From an uncultured Roseburia sp. (lineage in GTDB: Bacteria > Bacillota > Clostridia > Lachnospirales > Lachnospiraceae): a DNA stretch of 64,000 bases. Position numbers and translations under genes: made by a program. The notes beneath the pieces are model-generated. The model had not been told where the DNA came from, searched no databases, and was given only the letters and a program-made list of their open reading frames with translations. Shown here in pieces: positions 36,062 through 44,680 of this stretch. Each line of letters begins with the position of its first letter. Within the stretch, counting starts at the first letter, position 1. The stretch covers positions 7,067 through 71,066 of the forward strand of contig CANSSP010000014.1 of assembly GCA_947649645.1 (NCBI GenBank). The letters are read 5' to 3'.

Positions 36062-36094
36062 CAGAAATGTCGTTTTATATGTATTTTATTTAGA
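36058..36094. repeat. Copy B of the duplicated AT-rich promoter-proximal motif
   Basis: TCAACAGAAATGTCGTTTTATATGTATTTTATTTAGA aligns with copy A at 29176-29217. Two small indels separate four identical blocks. Confidence 0.6.
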
Positions 36095-36210
36095 CAGATA
36101 AAATAAAACAACCTTAAAACACGGTACAGTGGCTGCGGACAGAAACGGCCGCGTTTTTTTAGACGCAGAAACTCCGGCAAAAAAATTTCTGCCGGAGTTT
36201 CGCAATTCGT

Positions 36211-38424
36211 CTATCGGCCGGTCTCATACCGAAATGCTGCCACGAGGCAGTCTGCGGCATTTCGCCCGACAAATACTTCAAACATCCCAGGTTGTGCCGC
36301 AAATTGAAGATCGCTGTCGTAAAATTTCAGCATTTCCTCCGTAACCTCAAAAATCACTTCTTTCTTTTCGCCCGGCTCCAGATCAATTTTCTGAAATCCC
36401 TTTAATTCCTTCGCCGGCCGGACCACGCTGGCCGCCACATCGTGCAGATAAAGCTGGACTACCTCCTGCCCGGCCACATCTCCGGTATTTTTAACCGCAG
36501 CACCCACTGTCAGCGTCTCACCACGGCGCAGCACCGTATCACTGAGCTTAAGATCAGAATATTCCGCCGTATGATAGGACAGGCCGTAACCAAACGGGTA
36601 AAGCGGCTCGTTCGGGCAATCCAGATAACGGCTCACAAAACGACCGCTGTGTGAGGATGCATCCGCCGGCCGCCCCGTGCGGAATGCGCCATAATAGACC
36701 GGAACCTGGCCCGATGCAAAGGGAAAGCCAACCGTCAGACGCGCACAGGGGTTACATCTGCCCCACAGCAGATCCGCGATTCCGTGCGCGCCTTCCGTAC
36801 CTGGAAACCAGCATTCCAGTATCGCATCCACGGAATCTTTCCAGTCGGCGAGCACCAGCGGACGGCCGTTAAACAACAGAACAACCGATTTTTTTGCATG
36901 CACTAAAACGCGCTCCATCCATGCACGCTGCACGGCGGGCAGCGTCAGATCGGTCCGGCTTCCGCTCTCTCCGCTCTGCAGCATATGTTCTCCCACGGCA
37001 AACACTACCACGTCGGCCCATTTTGCCAGCGCAATCGATTTTTCAAGCTCTTCTTCGGCAGAGTTTTCCAGCGTCGGTCCCAGCTTAAAGTAAGAACCAA
37101 AATCGCCGAGACTCTCATAGTCATCCAGCATCTCACACCCTGCCGTCGTGGCAAAGGTGTCTTCGGAAAGCACTTCGGCAAAAGCAGTCTTTAACGTCAC
37201 CACCGCATCCCTGTCACCGTGGACCGCCCACATGCCGTTTAAGTCCTTACTGTCCGCATAGGGCCCCATCAGTGCAATCTTCTGCCCGCTTTTCAAAGGA
37301 AGCACCTGATTTTCATTGCGCAGAAGCACCATGCATTTCTGTACCGCAGTGCGTGCCGCGCTGCGGTTTTCTTCATTACAGGCCAGACATTCTGCTTTCT
37401 CCGCGTCGATTCCCCTGTATGGATCTTCAAACAGCCCGAGTCTGTTCTTAAGCGCCAGGACACGCCAGACCGCTTCGTCCAGCTTTTTCACATCAAGGCT
37501 CCCGTCATTTAAAAGCGGCTCAAGCTGATTTGCATAACAGGGGGTTTTCATATCAATATCCACCGTGGCGTTCATCGCCAGTTTTGCGGCCTCATAGTCG
37601 TCCTCCGCAACGCCGTGGGCGATCAGCTCCTGAATCGCGGCGTAGTCGGTAATCAGCACCCCGTCAAACCCCCACTGCCGGCGCAGCACTTCTTCCATAA
37701 GCCACCGGTTCGCCGTCGCCGGAATCCCCTCTACCGTGTTAAAGGAAGTCATCACCATCTCACAGCCCGCATCTACGGCAGCTTTATACGGCGGAAGATA
37801 TTCCTGTACAAAACGCCAGCGCGACATATCCACCGTATTGTACTCTCTTCCCGCCTCAACCGCACCGTAACCGGCAAAATGCTTTACGCAGCTTGCCAGA
37901 TTCTCCCCGGGAACCATTTCTCCCTGAAAGCCTTCTACCATCGCGCGCGCAAATACCCCGTTCAGCCAGGGATCTTCCCCCGGAGATTCCATACAGCGTC
38001 CCCACCGCGCGTCGCGCACCACGTCCACCATCGGTGCAAACGTCACATGCGCGCCGTCCGGCGCCGCCTCCCTGGCAGTCCTTCTGCTGCATGACTTCAC
38101 AAGCTCTGTATCCCAGCTGCAGGCCAGTCCCAAAGGCATGGGATAAACCGTCTTATACCCATATACGATATCCGCCATAAACAAAAGAGGAATACGGCTG
38201 TTCTCCATATGACGTTTCTGAATCTCCCTGACCTTATCTGCCCCCAGTACATTGAGCGCCGACCCGGCGTTCTGCACGGCCCACGGCTCGATTCCCAGCT
38301 TCTCCTGCGGGCCGGTAGCCAGATCCGAGGCCCCGAAAAAATCTCCCGAAAGCTGTATGAGCTGGCCGATTTTTTCCCGCACTGTCATTGACTGCAAAAG
38401 TTCCCGTAATTTTTTTTCTTCCAT
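36211..38424 (-). CDS. bglX: GH3 beta-glucosidase, BglX-like (canonical domain order)
   Basis: The N-terminus MTVREKIGQLIQ, the motifs KHFAGYGA and GVLITDYAAI (nucleophile Asp), and a C-terminal FnIII-like domain (VKNTGDVAGQEVVQLYL) are present. Length is 737 aa. Confidence 0.9.
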   Translation of the reverse strand: MEEKKLRELLQSMTVREKIGQLIQLSGDFFGASDLATGPQEKLGIEPWAVQNAGSALNVLGADKVREIQKRHMENSRIPLLFMADIVYGYKTVYPMPLGLACSWDTELVKSCSRRTAREAAPDGAHVTFAPMVDVVRDARWGRCMESPGEDPWLNGVFARAMVEGFQGEMVPGENLASCVKHFAGYGAVEAGREYNTVDMSRWRFVQEYLPPYKAAVDAGCEMVMTSFNTVEGIPATANRWLMEEVLRRQWGFDGVLITDYAAIQELIAHGVAEDDYEAAKLAMNATVDIDMKTPCYANQLEPLLNDGSLDVKKLDEAVWRVLALKNRLGLFEDPYRGIDAEKAECLACNEENRSAARTAVQKCMVLLRNENQVLPLKSGQKIALMGPYADSKDLNGMWAVHGDRDAVVTLKTAFAEVLSEDTFATTAGCEMLDDYESLGDFGSYFKLGPTLENSAEEELEKSIALAKWADVVVFAVGEHMLQSGESGSRTDLTLPAVQRAWMERVLVHAKKSVVLLFNGRPLVLADWKDSVDAILECWFPGTEGAHGIADLLWGRCNPCARLTVGFPFASGQVPVYYGAFRTGRPADASSHSGRFVSRYLDCPNEPLYPFGYGLSYHTAEYSDLKLSDTVLRRGETLTVGAAVKNTGDVAGQEVVQLYLHDVAASVVRPAKELKGFQKIDLEPGEKKEVIFEVTEEMLKFYDSDLQFAAQPGMFEVFVGRNAADCLVAAFRYETGR

Positions 38425-38595
38425 ATGCTGCTTTACTCCTTCCAGATTTCCTGTTATTTCAATTTTAACACATCTGGACAGACAGTAAATTCTTTTTTGA
38501 AAAACACACTATTTCTTTCACAGAAAAATGACCCATAAGCATAGCCCCCGGAGGGCGCGATATAAACCCCCCGGAAATCAGCTATCCTGCGCAGA

Positions 38596-40215
38596 TTAAT
38601 TGATACTCAGTCCTGCGCTCGCATATCCCGCGACTGTCTGAATCAAAGACAGACCGCCTGACGTTGCCGAATATACCAGCATCAGCCGTGTCTGAGCCGT
38701 TACCGGAATATTGAGTCCCGTAAGTGCACCGTTTAACAGTGTCCCAACGGATATAATTCCAGTAAGTGACGGTGCAAGGCTGATCAATGTTCCTGCAATC
38801 GGCGTAAATACATTGTTCGGTGTCGTTGACTGATAAATCTGTACATTTACCGTGACAGTAGATCCTAACAGGGAAAGTGCCGCTGTTGTACTAAAAAATG
38901 CGCTGAACGAGGTTATGATACCGGCACGCGGAACCTGAAATGCAAAGTTTGAAAGCGTTCCGCTGGCATTTGTGATATCAATTGTGGAGCCCAGCACCGT
39001 AAGGCCCTGCGCACTGCTTCCAAAGCCAACAAATGCAGGGAGTCCCGCAAGACCTCCGGCGATTGTGGTCATGGTAATCGGAAGCCCCGATGCGAACGGA
39101 ATGATCGCTCCCGTACCTGCAACGCCAGCAGGCCCTGTTGCTCCCGTCGCTCCTGTTGCTCCCGTTGCTCCTGTTGCCCCTGTCGCTCCGTCTGCTCCCG
39201 TTGCCCCTGTCGCCCCGGTAGGACCCGTTGCTCCTATGGCTCCGTCTGCTCCTGTCGCCCCTGTCGGGCCCGTTGCTCCTGTTGCTCCTGTCGCTCCTGT
39301 CGGGCCCGTCGCTCCGTCTGCTCCTGTTGCTCCTGTCGCTCCCGTTGCTCCTGTCGCTCCGTCTGCTCCCGTCGCCCCTGTCGGGCCCGTTGCTCCTATG
39401 GCTCCGTCTGCTCCTGTTGCTCCTGTCGGGCCCGTCGCTCCGTCTGCTCCCGTTGCTCCCGTTGCTCCCGTCGGGCCGTCTGCTCCCGTTGCTCCTGTCG
39501 CCCCTGTCGCTCCGTCTGCTCCTGTTGCCCCGGTCGGGCCCGTCGCTCCGTCTGCTCCCGTTGCTCCTGTCGCTCCCGTTGCCCCTGTCGGACCTGTTGC
39601 TCCCATCGGGCCTTCATCTCCCGGACATCCTTTCGGCCCCTGCACTCCGATCGGGCCGGTCACTCCCTGTGCACCCTGCGGCCCAGTCACTCCCTGCGGC
39701 CCCATGGCTCCCGTCGCTCCTGTCGCTCCCGTCGGGCCCGGAATGCCTCTCGGTCCCTGCGGGCCGATATCTCCCTGTGGGCCGACTGCTCCGGCCGGTC
39801 CCACTGGCCCGGCCGGTCCCTGCGGGCCGATATCTCCCTTAGGACCTTCACATCCCGGATCCCCTTTCGGACCAATGTCTCCACGAACCCCCTGAATACC
39901 CTGAATACCCTGCGGCCCTGCGTATCCTCTCGGACCTGCACATCCTCTCGGGCCTGTATTTCCGGTAGGCCCTACCGGTCCCGTATTTCCTCTGGGCCCT
40001 CTTGCACCAGGAGCACCGGGAGCCCCCTGCGGCCCCATCGGTCCCGGATCACCTCTGTCACCCTTGGGACCGGGACAGCCGGTGTCCCCCTGGATACCCT
40101 GCGGCCCTATTGGCCCCGGATCACCCTTGGGGCCGGCAGGACCACGTTCACAGCAGTGCGGATAACATTGATTCTGACAACAATTATATGAATTATTCTG
40201 ATTCATCCCAGACAT
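38596..40215 (-). CDS. Collagen-like triple-helix repeat protein with a BclA-type C-terminal globular domain (spore/exosporium surface glycoprotein-like)
   Basis: A Cys-rich N-terminus ([11 protein letters not shown]) is followed by about 360 aa of uninterrupted G-X-Y triplets. A ~150-aa beta-rich C-terminal domain ([33 protein letters not shown]...) resembles the BclA C1q/TNF-like domain. Confidence 0.85.
   Translation of the reverse strand: MSGMNQNNSYNCCQNQCYPHCCERGPAGPKGDPGPIGPQGIQGDTGCPGPKGDRGDPGPMGPQGAPGAPGARGPRGNTGPVGPTGNTGPRGCAGPRGYAGPQGIQGIQGVRGDIGPKGDPGCEGPKGDIGPQGPAGPVGPAGAVGPQGDIGPQGPRGIPGPTGATGATGAMGPQGVTGPQGAQGVTGPIGVQGPKGCPGDEGPMGATGPTGATGATGATGADGATGPTGATGADGATGATGATGADGPTGATGATGADGATGPTGATGADGAIGATGPTGATGADGATGATGATGATGADGATGPTGATGATGATGPTGATGADGAIGATGPTGATGATGADGATGATGATGATGATGATGPAGVAGTGAIIPFASGLPITMTTIAGGLAGLPAFVGFGSSAQGLTVLGSTIDITNASGTLSNFAFQVPRAGIITSFSAFFSTTAALSLLGSTVTVNVQIYQSTTPNNVFTPIAGTLISLAPSLTGIISVGTLLNGALTGLNIPVTAQTRLMLVYSATSGGLSLIQTVAGYASAGLSIN
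39060..39600 (-). repeat. Near-perfect tandem 9-nt (GxT-triplet) repeat tract inside the collagen-like gene
   Basis: [19 protein letters not shown] units are reiterated over about 180 codons. The nucleotide-level repeats are of the form ggcccgtcgctccgtctgctcc. Confidence 0.85.
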
Positions 40216-40293
40216 ATCCTTCCTGATTTTATAGAAAAAGAACTGAAAAAGTATCTTTTTCTACAAATATTTTATGCAGCTGTGAAATACCCG

Positions 40294-41373
40294 CTACTTT
40301 TTTTCAGAGGAAACTTCAAAATACTGTTTATTGTAAAGATATGCCCTCGAATAAGGCTTACAGGCTCCTGCCTTCTCATTGTATGCTCCTGCCGTCTGTA
40401 AATCTCCCAATTTGTCATAACATACACACAACTGTAAATAAGGGATATAATCATAACAATCGGGCAGCATAAACCCACCGGAATATTCATTTTTCGGCAT
40501 ATTCAGTGCCGTTTTATACCAATAAATGGCATGATTGTACATTCCATGCTCCAGAAAATATTTCCCGATCTCACAACACAGTTCCGCTCTGGGCAGATCA
40601 AAGCTCATACTGCGCAAAAGTGCATTCAATGCCGATTGTTCCTGCCCCAGCCGGTAATAACAATCGGCACAGACAGAACACGCCTCTATTTTATTTTCAA
40701 TCCATCCCTCTTCCGAAAGCAGGAACTCTTCTAACACCTGAACAGCTTCTTTGTATTGGCTGTGATAGTATAGCTCCCTGCCATAATAATATTGCTGCCG
40801 TGGCTCCAGACGCTTCCCGTCCGCAATCATCTTCTGGTATATTTTCAGATTCCGATCCGGATCTTTTGCCTTCATTTTTTTATGGCTGATCGCGATGTCA
40901 GAATAAATAACCCTGCCTGCTGGCGGAATCACTTCGTGAACTGCACCCATCCAGCGGTATTGTCCGCTGTTTCTGATCCACCTTTCCCTAAAATAAGAAA
41001 AACAAGGTTTCCCTGCTTCATCAAAAGAAGTGTTATATTTCATCATTACAATATCCGTATCCGATGATAGTGTCTCTTTTAACTGCAGAAATTTATCCCT
41101 TTCCACTTCCTCCAGAATATCATCGGCATCCATCCACATACAATAGTCCATTGACGCTCTGGAAAAAGAAACGTTTCTGGCGTCTGAAAAATCATCTTTC
41201 CATGGATACGAAAAGACTTTTGATGTATAACCGGACACAATCTCCACCGTCCGATCCGTCGACCCTGTATCTACAACTATAATTTCATCCACCAGTTCCG
41301 CCACACTGTCAAGACACCGTGCAATGCACATTTCTTCGTTTCTGACGATCATACAAAGGCTGATTGTCGGCAT
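40294..41373 (-). CDS. Family 2 glycosyltransferase fused to TPR repeats
   Basis: The start at MPTISLCMIVRNEE follows GAGAGGAGGG. GT2 motifs are DTGSTDRT and the DxD motif WMDADD. The C-terminal half has TPR-like repeats (YYRLGQEQSALNALLRS...). Confidence 0.8.
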   Translation of the reverse strand: MPTISLCMIVRNEEMCIARCLDSVAELVDEIIVVDTGSTDRTVEIVSGYTSKVFSYPWKDDFSDARNVSFSRASMDYCMWMDADDILEEVERDKFLQLKETLSSDTDIVMMKYNTSFDEAGKPCFSYFRERWIRNSGQYRWMGAVHEVIPPAGRVIYSDIAISHKKMKAKDPDRNLKIYQKMIADGKRLEPRQQYYYGRELYYHSQYKEAVQVLEEFLLSEEGWIENKIEACSVCADCYYRLGQEQSALNALLRSMSFDLPRAELCCEIGKYFLEHGMYNHAIYWYKTALNMPKNEYSGGFMLPDCYDYIPYLQLCVCYDKLGDLQTAGAYNEKAGACKPYSRAYLYNKQYFEVSSEKK

Positions 41374-41393
41374 ATTATTCCCTCCTCTCTGAC

Positions 41394-42125
41394 CTATTGT
41401 CGACAAAGTTTTTCTATACTCAGATTCATGTTGATTCTGGAAGCGCCCTCCGACGAATGCCACGCAAAGAACAGCGCAGAGGCGGCCGGTATCTCTATTA
41501 TAAAATATCTCGAAAGCACCACCATCTCCTTTCGCCTTGCTGCCTCTGCATATGAGGCATATGCAGTCTGCCTGCAGTCATTAAATACCGGTGTGATTTT
41601 TATGAACCCATGCCTTTTCATCACCGCAGATATATAATAACTGACAGCATAGTAGCCCGGCGTCAGTGCGACAGAATATGGATCGCAGAGAGAGATATTC
41701 TGAGTACTATCCGGTATCTCGATTTTGAGCGGAAGACTGGCACTCTCCGGCAAAATCAGCTCCCGGCCCAGAAACGACGCAAAAATACTGTTTTGCGGAT
41801 AACCCGGAGGCCCCGCCGGTCCGCGTGCGCCAGGTTCGCCTCTCGGTCCCTGCGGACCGGTTGCTCCCTGTGGCCCCTGCGGGCCTGTGACTCCCTGCGG
41901 GCCGGTTTCTCCGCGCTCGCCAGGACAGCCTGGCGGACCAGGTTCGCCTCTCGGTCCCTGCGGGCCCATCGGCCCCTCCCCTGCTCCCATCCTCCCCGCT
42001 TCGCAGGAATCGGAGGGATGATATTCCTCCTGTACTGTGATACAATTCCCATTTCTCATACCGGACCGATTCGGCGGATGAAACATCCGGTTTGACATAA
42101 AGTTATTCACCTGAAACCACCTCAT
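41394..42125 (-). CDS. Short collagen-like protein with a distinct C-terminal globular domain
   Basis: About 20 G-X-Y triplets ([34 protein letters not shown]...) are followed by a ~125-aa beta-rich domain. The start is uncertain: GTG and ATG alternatives lie within the first 10 codons. Confidence 0.7.
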   Translation of the reverse strand: MRWFQVNNFMSNRMFHPPNRSGMRNGNCITVQEEYHPSDSCEAGRMGAGEGPMGPQGPRGEPGPPGCPGERGETGPQGVTGPQGPQGATGPQGPRGEPGARGPAGPPGYPQNSIFASFLGRELILPESASLPLKIEIPDSTQNISLCDPYSVALTPGYYAVSYYISAVMKRHGFIKITPVFNDCRQTAYASYAEAARRKEMVVLSRYFIIEIPAASALFFAWHSSEGASRINMNLSIEKLCRQ

Positions 42126-42282
42126 TCATTACTATGCACCTCCCGCAGATCCTCACAGCCCGCCCTGCGGGCTCTTAAGTGAAGTATTGCAGACACTTTC
42201 ACAGTAAATTATATGCATGGAAAATCAATTCGTTTTAAATGCCCTTCTTCCTGTCCTAAAAATCGCAGCGTGAAACTTTGCC

Positions 42283-42335
42283 ACAAATAAAACCGGCCAC
42301 AGAAACCAGATTTTTGATCTGGCTCCTGTGGCCGG
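42283..42335 (-). terminator. Rho-independent terminator after the ABM-domain gene
   Basis: The minus strand reads CCGGCCACAGGAGCCAGATCAAAAATCTGGTTTCTGTGGCCGG followed by TTTTATTT. The stem has 10-bp and 6-bp segments. Confidence 0.7.
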
Positions 42336-42348
42336 TTCGGATTTTCCT

Positions 42349-42681
42349 CTATTCTCTTATAAACCTGCGATCTGTCTCCGGCATGCCTTCCTCGTCAGCC
42401 ACGTACCGCTCTGCCTTCATGTGAAGATCATACTTTAATCTGAGTCCTGCAATCGTCTCCATCATGGGCGACGCATGATGCCGGTCAATCGCCTGCTGGT
42501 CTTCCCAGACGTCAACGAGCAGAATTGTCTCCGGATCCGCCATACTAACAAAATAGTCGTACCGCAGATTACCTTCTTCCCTGCGGATTGCCTCCGCTGT
42601 CCCGCTGCTCTCCATCTCTTCCGCAAATCTTCGCGCCGCCCCGTTTTTCCCTGTATAATATATATTTACCGTGATCTGCAT
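42349..42681 (-). CDS. ABM-domain (antibiotic biosynthesis monooxygenase-like) protein
   Basis: This is a 110-aa ferredoxin-like fold pattern (TVNIYY...LRYDYF...LLVDVWEDQQAIDRHHASP) typical of ABM/quinol monooxygenase-like proteins. Confidence 0.75.
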   Translation of the reverse strand: MQITVNIYYTGKNGAARRFAEEMESSGTAEAIRREEGNLRYDYFVSMADPETILLVDVWEDQQAIDRHHASPMMETIAGLRLKYDLHMKAERYVADEEGMPETDRRFIRE

Positions 42682-42710
42682 ATCCTTCTCCTCCCGTCTG
42701 TCTGCTTAAA

Positions 42711-43313
42711 TTATTCATCCGGCTGCTGCCCGTCATGCGCCTTCCACTGGCAGTCCGTCATCTGCAGTCCGGAAAAAACTGCCTTAAAAGAAGATTCCTC
42801 CGGCGAGCAGGCGTAAATGCCAAATCGGATCTTTCCCGCCGCGGCTGACATATGGCAGATGCGCATCTGATGAAACGTCACTCCGTCCTCAGAACACTCG
42901 ATACAGTAATCCTCCTCCCTCCGGCTGAACCGGTACCACATGGATTTCACCGAGGCCCCGATCTCTGTTGTCGCCCAGTCCGAATACCCGTTGTTTGTCA
43001 CCACACTTCCCAGGTGCTGATATTTCTCGTTTTCATATTCGACGGAAGCTTTCAGCCAGTTTTCGCTGTCGAGATACATGACAATGCCACACTGGTCAAA
43101 GCGATGATGGCTTTCGCCAAACTCCGTCCTGACCACAAAGCTGAAATACCTTTCCTCCGTCTCCATCTGCAGTACAGGCGCATTGTCATTCTGAAAATGA
43201 TAATACGTCCTCTGCCACAGATCCGTATATGGCTTTGTGACTATCTCGATTTTTTCCTGTCCGATTTTATAACTTTCAGGCTCCCTCGTCCATCTGAATC
43301 TGTTGAAATCCAT
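42711..43313 (-). CDS. DUF1349-family (concanavalin-like) protein
   Basis: It is 200 aa long. The N-terminus (FRWTREPESYKIGQEKIEIVTKPYTDLWQRTYY) matches my recollection of the DUF1349 signature. This has not been searched. Confidence 0.65.
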   Translation of the reverse strand: MDFNRFRWTREPESYKIGQEKIEIVTKPYTDLWQRTYYHFQNDNAPVLQMETEERYFSFVVRTEFGESHHRFDQCGIVMYLDSENWLKASVEYENEKYQHLGSVVTNNGYSDWATTEIGASVKSMWYRFSRREEDYCIECSEDGVTFHQMRICHMSAAAGKIRFGIYACSPEESSFKAVFSGLQMTDCQWKAHDGQQPDE

Positions 43314-43343
43314 TTTACAGTCCCTCCCTTATATCCTCTGTCC

Positions 43344-43658
43344 TCACTCCCGCTCTCTCACCGTCACACAGACCTTGTCACCCGGCTGTTTTCCGATTTT
43401 CGCGCGGATCTCTTTTCTGATGCCGATGATATAGCAGACGCTGCCGTCTGCATTTTTCACCCCCATATTTACAACGCTGCCGTCGTACGGCTCTCCGTCA
43501 AACGTGACATGCACCTTTGCCCGTCCTCTGCCAAATTCCTCCCTGACATCGTAGGGAAAAACCACATACGCGCCGCCCTTTTTCTCCGCCTCATAAATCT
43601 CCGATTCATATTCATAAACTTTGCCGTTCACTCTCTTCTCCCTCCTGCCATGTTTCAT
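43344..43658 (-). CDS. DUF1905-family small protein
   Basis: The core GGAYVVFPYDVREEFGRGRAKVHVTFDGEPYDGSVVNMG is typical of DUF1905. An alternative GTG start at 43631 has the better RBS (GGAGGG 8 nt upstream). Confidence 0.65.
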   Translation of the reverse strand: MKHGRREKRVNGKVYEYESEIYEAEKKGGAYVVFPYDVREEFGRGRAKVHVTFDGEPYDGSVVNMGVKNADGSVCYIIGIRKEIRAKIGKQPGDKVCVTVRERE

Positions 43659-43791
43659 CCTTCCGGAAACTTTTGCGGCCACAGTGCCATTTTTCGCCCA
43701 CACGCGCACACATCCCCGCTGCCGGATTTTGTTCCACAGGAAAGGCAGATACCTCCGTGTCTTAAAGCAGTCCCCTCCCTGTGAAAGTAAT

Positions 43792-43829
43792 ATAAAATCC
43801 CGCAGAAACAGAAATCTGCCTCTGCGGGA
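43792..43829 (-). terminator. Rho-independent terminator after the secreted-protein gene
   Basis: The minus strand reads TCCCGCAGA-N14-TCTGCGGGA followed by TTTTAT. Confidence 0.6.
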
Positions 43830-43857
43830 ATACCCGGAACAATTCCGCTCCGCCGCG

Positions 43858-44556
43858 TCACTTCACACGCATAAAATGTGCCACCGATTTATCTTTTTTG
43901 GAAAAATAACTCGTCTTGCCAAACGGTACGCTTCCTTTCCAGTATTTTGCGTCATTCTTACTGCCGCCCAGCTTCGTACTGCCTCCGACCCCGATACAAA
44001 GCCCCTTGTAAGTCGAAGGGTATGTGACTTTTACCTTGATGCTGGCATCCTTGATATACGCCTCGCATCCGTCGCTGTCACGGTATTTTTTGGCCTTCGA
44101 GTATTTCCAGTTCTGAGGACGCGTCACCGTCACATGATAGCTGTTTTTTCCTTCCAGATTCGCCCCGGTATCGTAGTCCGTGACTGTATACCACCGGTAT
44201 CCGCCCAGCGCTCCTTTGTGGCTGCGGGCATAATCGGAGTTGACCAGCTTATGCACCTCATTTGCCTTCATATCCCACTTCAATGTAAATTTTACCGTGA
44301 ACGTAAGCTCTTTATACCCTTTTTTTGAGGAATTTCTGATCTTTACGTCCGTGACCTTCGCCTTCTGCTTTTTCATCCCGATTCCCGCGTACACCGATTT
44401 ATAGGTAATCGTCTTATCCTTCTTCAGATCCCATTTTACATTCAGCTTTGACATATAATTCTTCGTCGCCGCCTGTGTCTGCACCGGAATCGCCGCAAAC
44501 AGACACACGAATGCAAGGACCATCGCCACAACGCTCTTTTTTTTCTTCCGAAGCAT
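43858..44556 (-). CDS. Secreted Lys-rich hypothetical protein
   Basis: The start at MLRKKKKSVVAMVLAFVCLFAAIPVQTQA is a signal peptide with an AxA-like cleavage site. It follows AGGAGGTAGAAAG. I recognised no family. Confidence 0.6.
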   Translation of the reverse strand: MLRKKKKSVVAMVLAFVCLFAAIPVQTQAATKNYMSKLNVKWDLKKDKTITYKSVYAGIGMKKQKAKVTDVKIRNSSKKGYKELTFTVKFTLKWDMKANEVHKLVNSDYARSHKGALGGYRWYTVTDYDTGANLEGKNSYHVTVTRPQNWKYSKAKKYRDSDGCEAYIKDASIKVKVTYPSTYKGLCIGVGGSTKLGGSKNDAKYWKGSVPFGKTSYFSKKDKSVAHFMRVK

Positions 44557-44606
44557 CTTTCTACCTCCTGCATCCAGCTTTTCCACTATAGACCTATATA
44601 GATTTT

Positions 44607-44635
44607 AGTTTACTCTTCCGGCTGCAGATTGTCAA
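44607..44635 (-). promoter_or_regulatory. Candidate promoter of the secreted-protein gene
   Basis: The minus strand reads TTGACA-17 nt-TAAACT, located between the sspE stop and the next gene. Confidence 0.4.
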
Positions 44636-44680
44636 TGTTTCTGTTCCGGTTATCCGGGAAATTTCCACGGTCCGCCGCTT

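Noticed and set aside
27741-36100. Treating the seven-gene operon (and the ssp locus at 44.6-54.7 kb) as a mobile element or prophage remnant.
   Set aside because: I found no integrase, transposase, tRNA attachment site or flanking direct or inverted repeats. By eye, the composition of the operon resembles that of its neighbours, although I did not compute it.
36168-36201. A perfect 12-bp hairpin (GAAACTCCGGCA-N10-TGCCGGAGTTTC) just downstream of bglX, considered as its terminator.
   Set aside because: No U-tract follows the stem on either strand, so I cannot call it a canonical intrinsic terminator. It may still act as a stabiliser or weak terminator.
39060-39600. A periodic repeat tract that could be mistaken for a CRISPR array or a non-coding minisatellite.
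   Set aside because: The period is 9 nt with no unique spacers. It lies fully in-frame inside a long ORF and encodes GxT triplets.
38972-39895. Two long plus-strand ORFs (307 aa at 38972-39895 and 204 aa at 39228-39842) with P/A/V-rich or L/S/P-rich repetitive products.
   Set aside because: They are antisense frames of the collagen G-X-Y repeat. Any triplet-periodic GC-rich repeat stays open in several frames. The minus-strand frame has a proper N-terminus, a globular C-terminal domain and gene context.
40216-40293. A sigma-K-like -10 element (CATAAAATA) upstream of the large collagen-like gene, as support for spore-specific expression.
   Set aside because: There is no AC -35 element at the required 16-17-nt spacing. 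The match is short and lies in AT-rich DNA. I keep it only as a hint and do not call it a feature.
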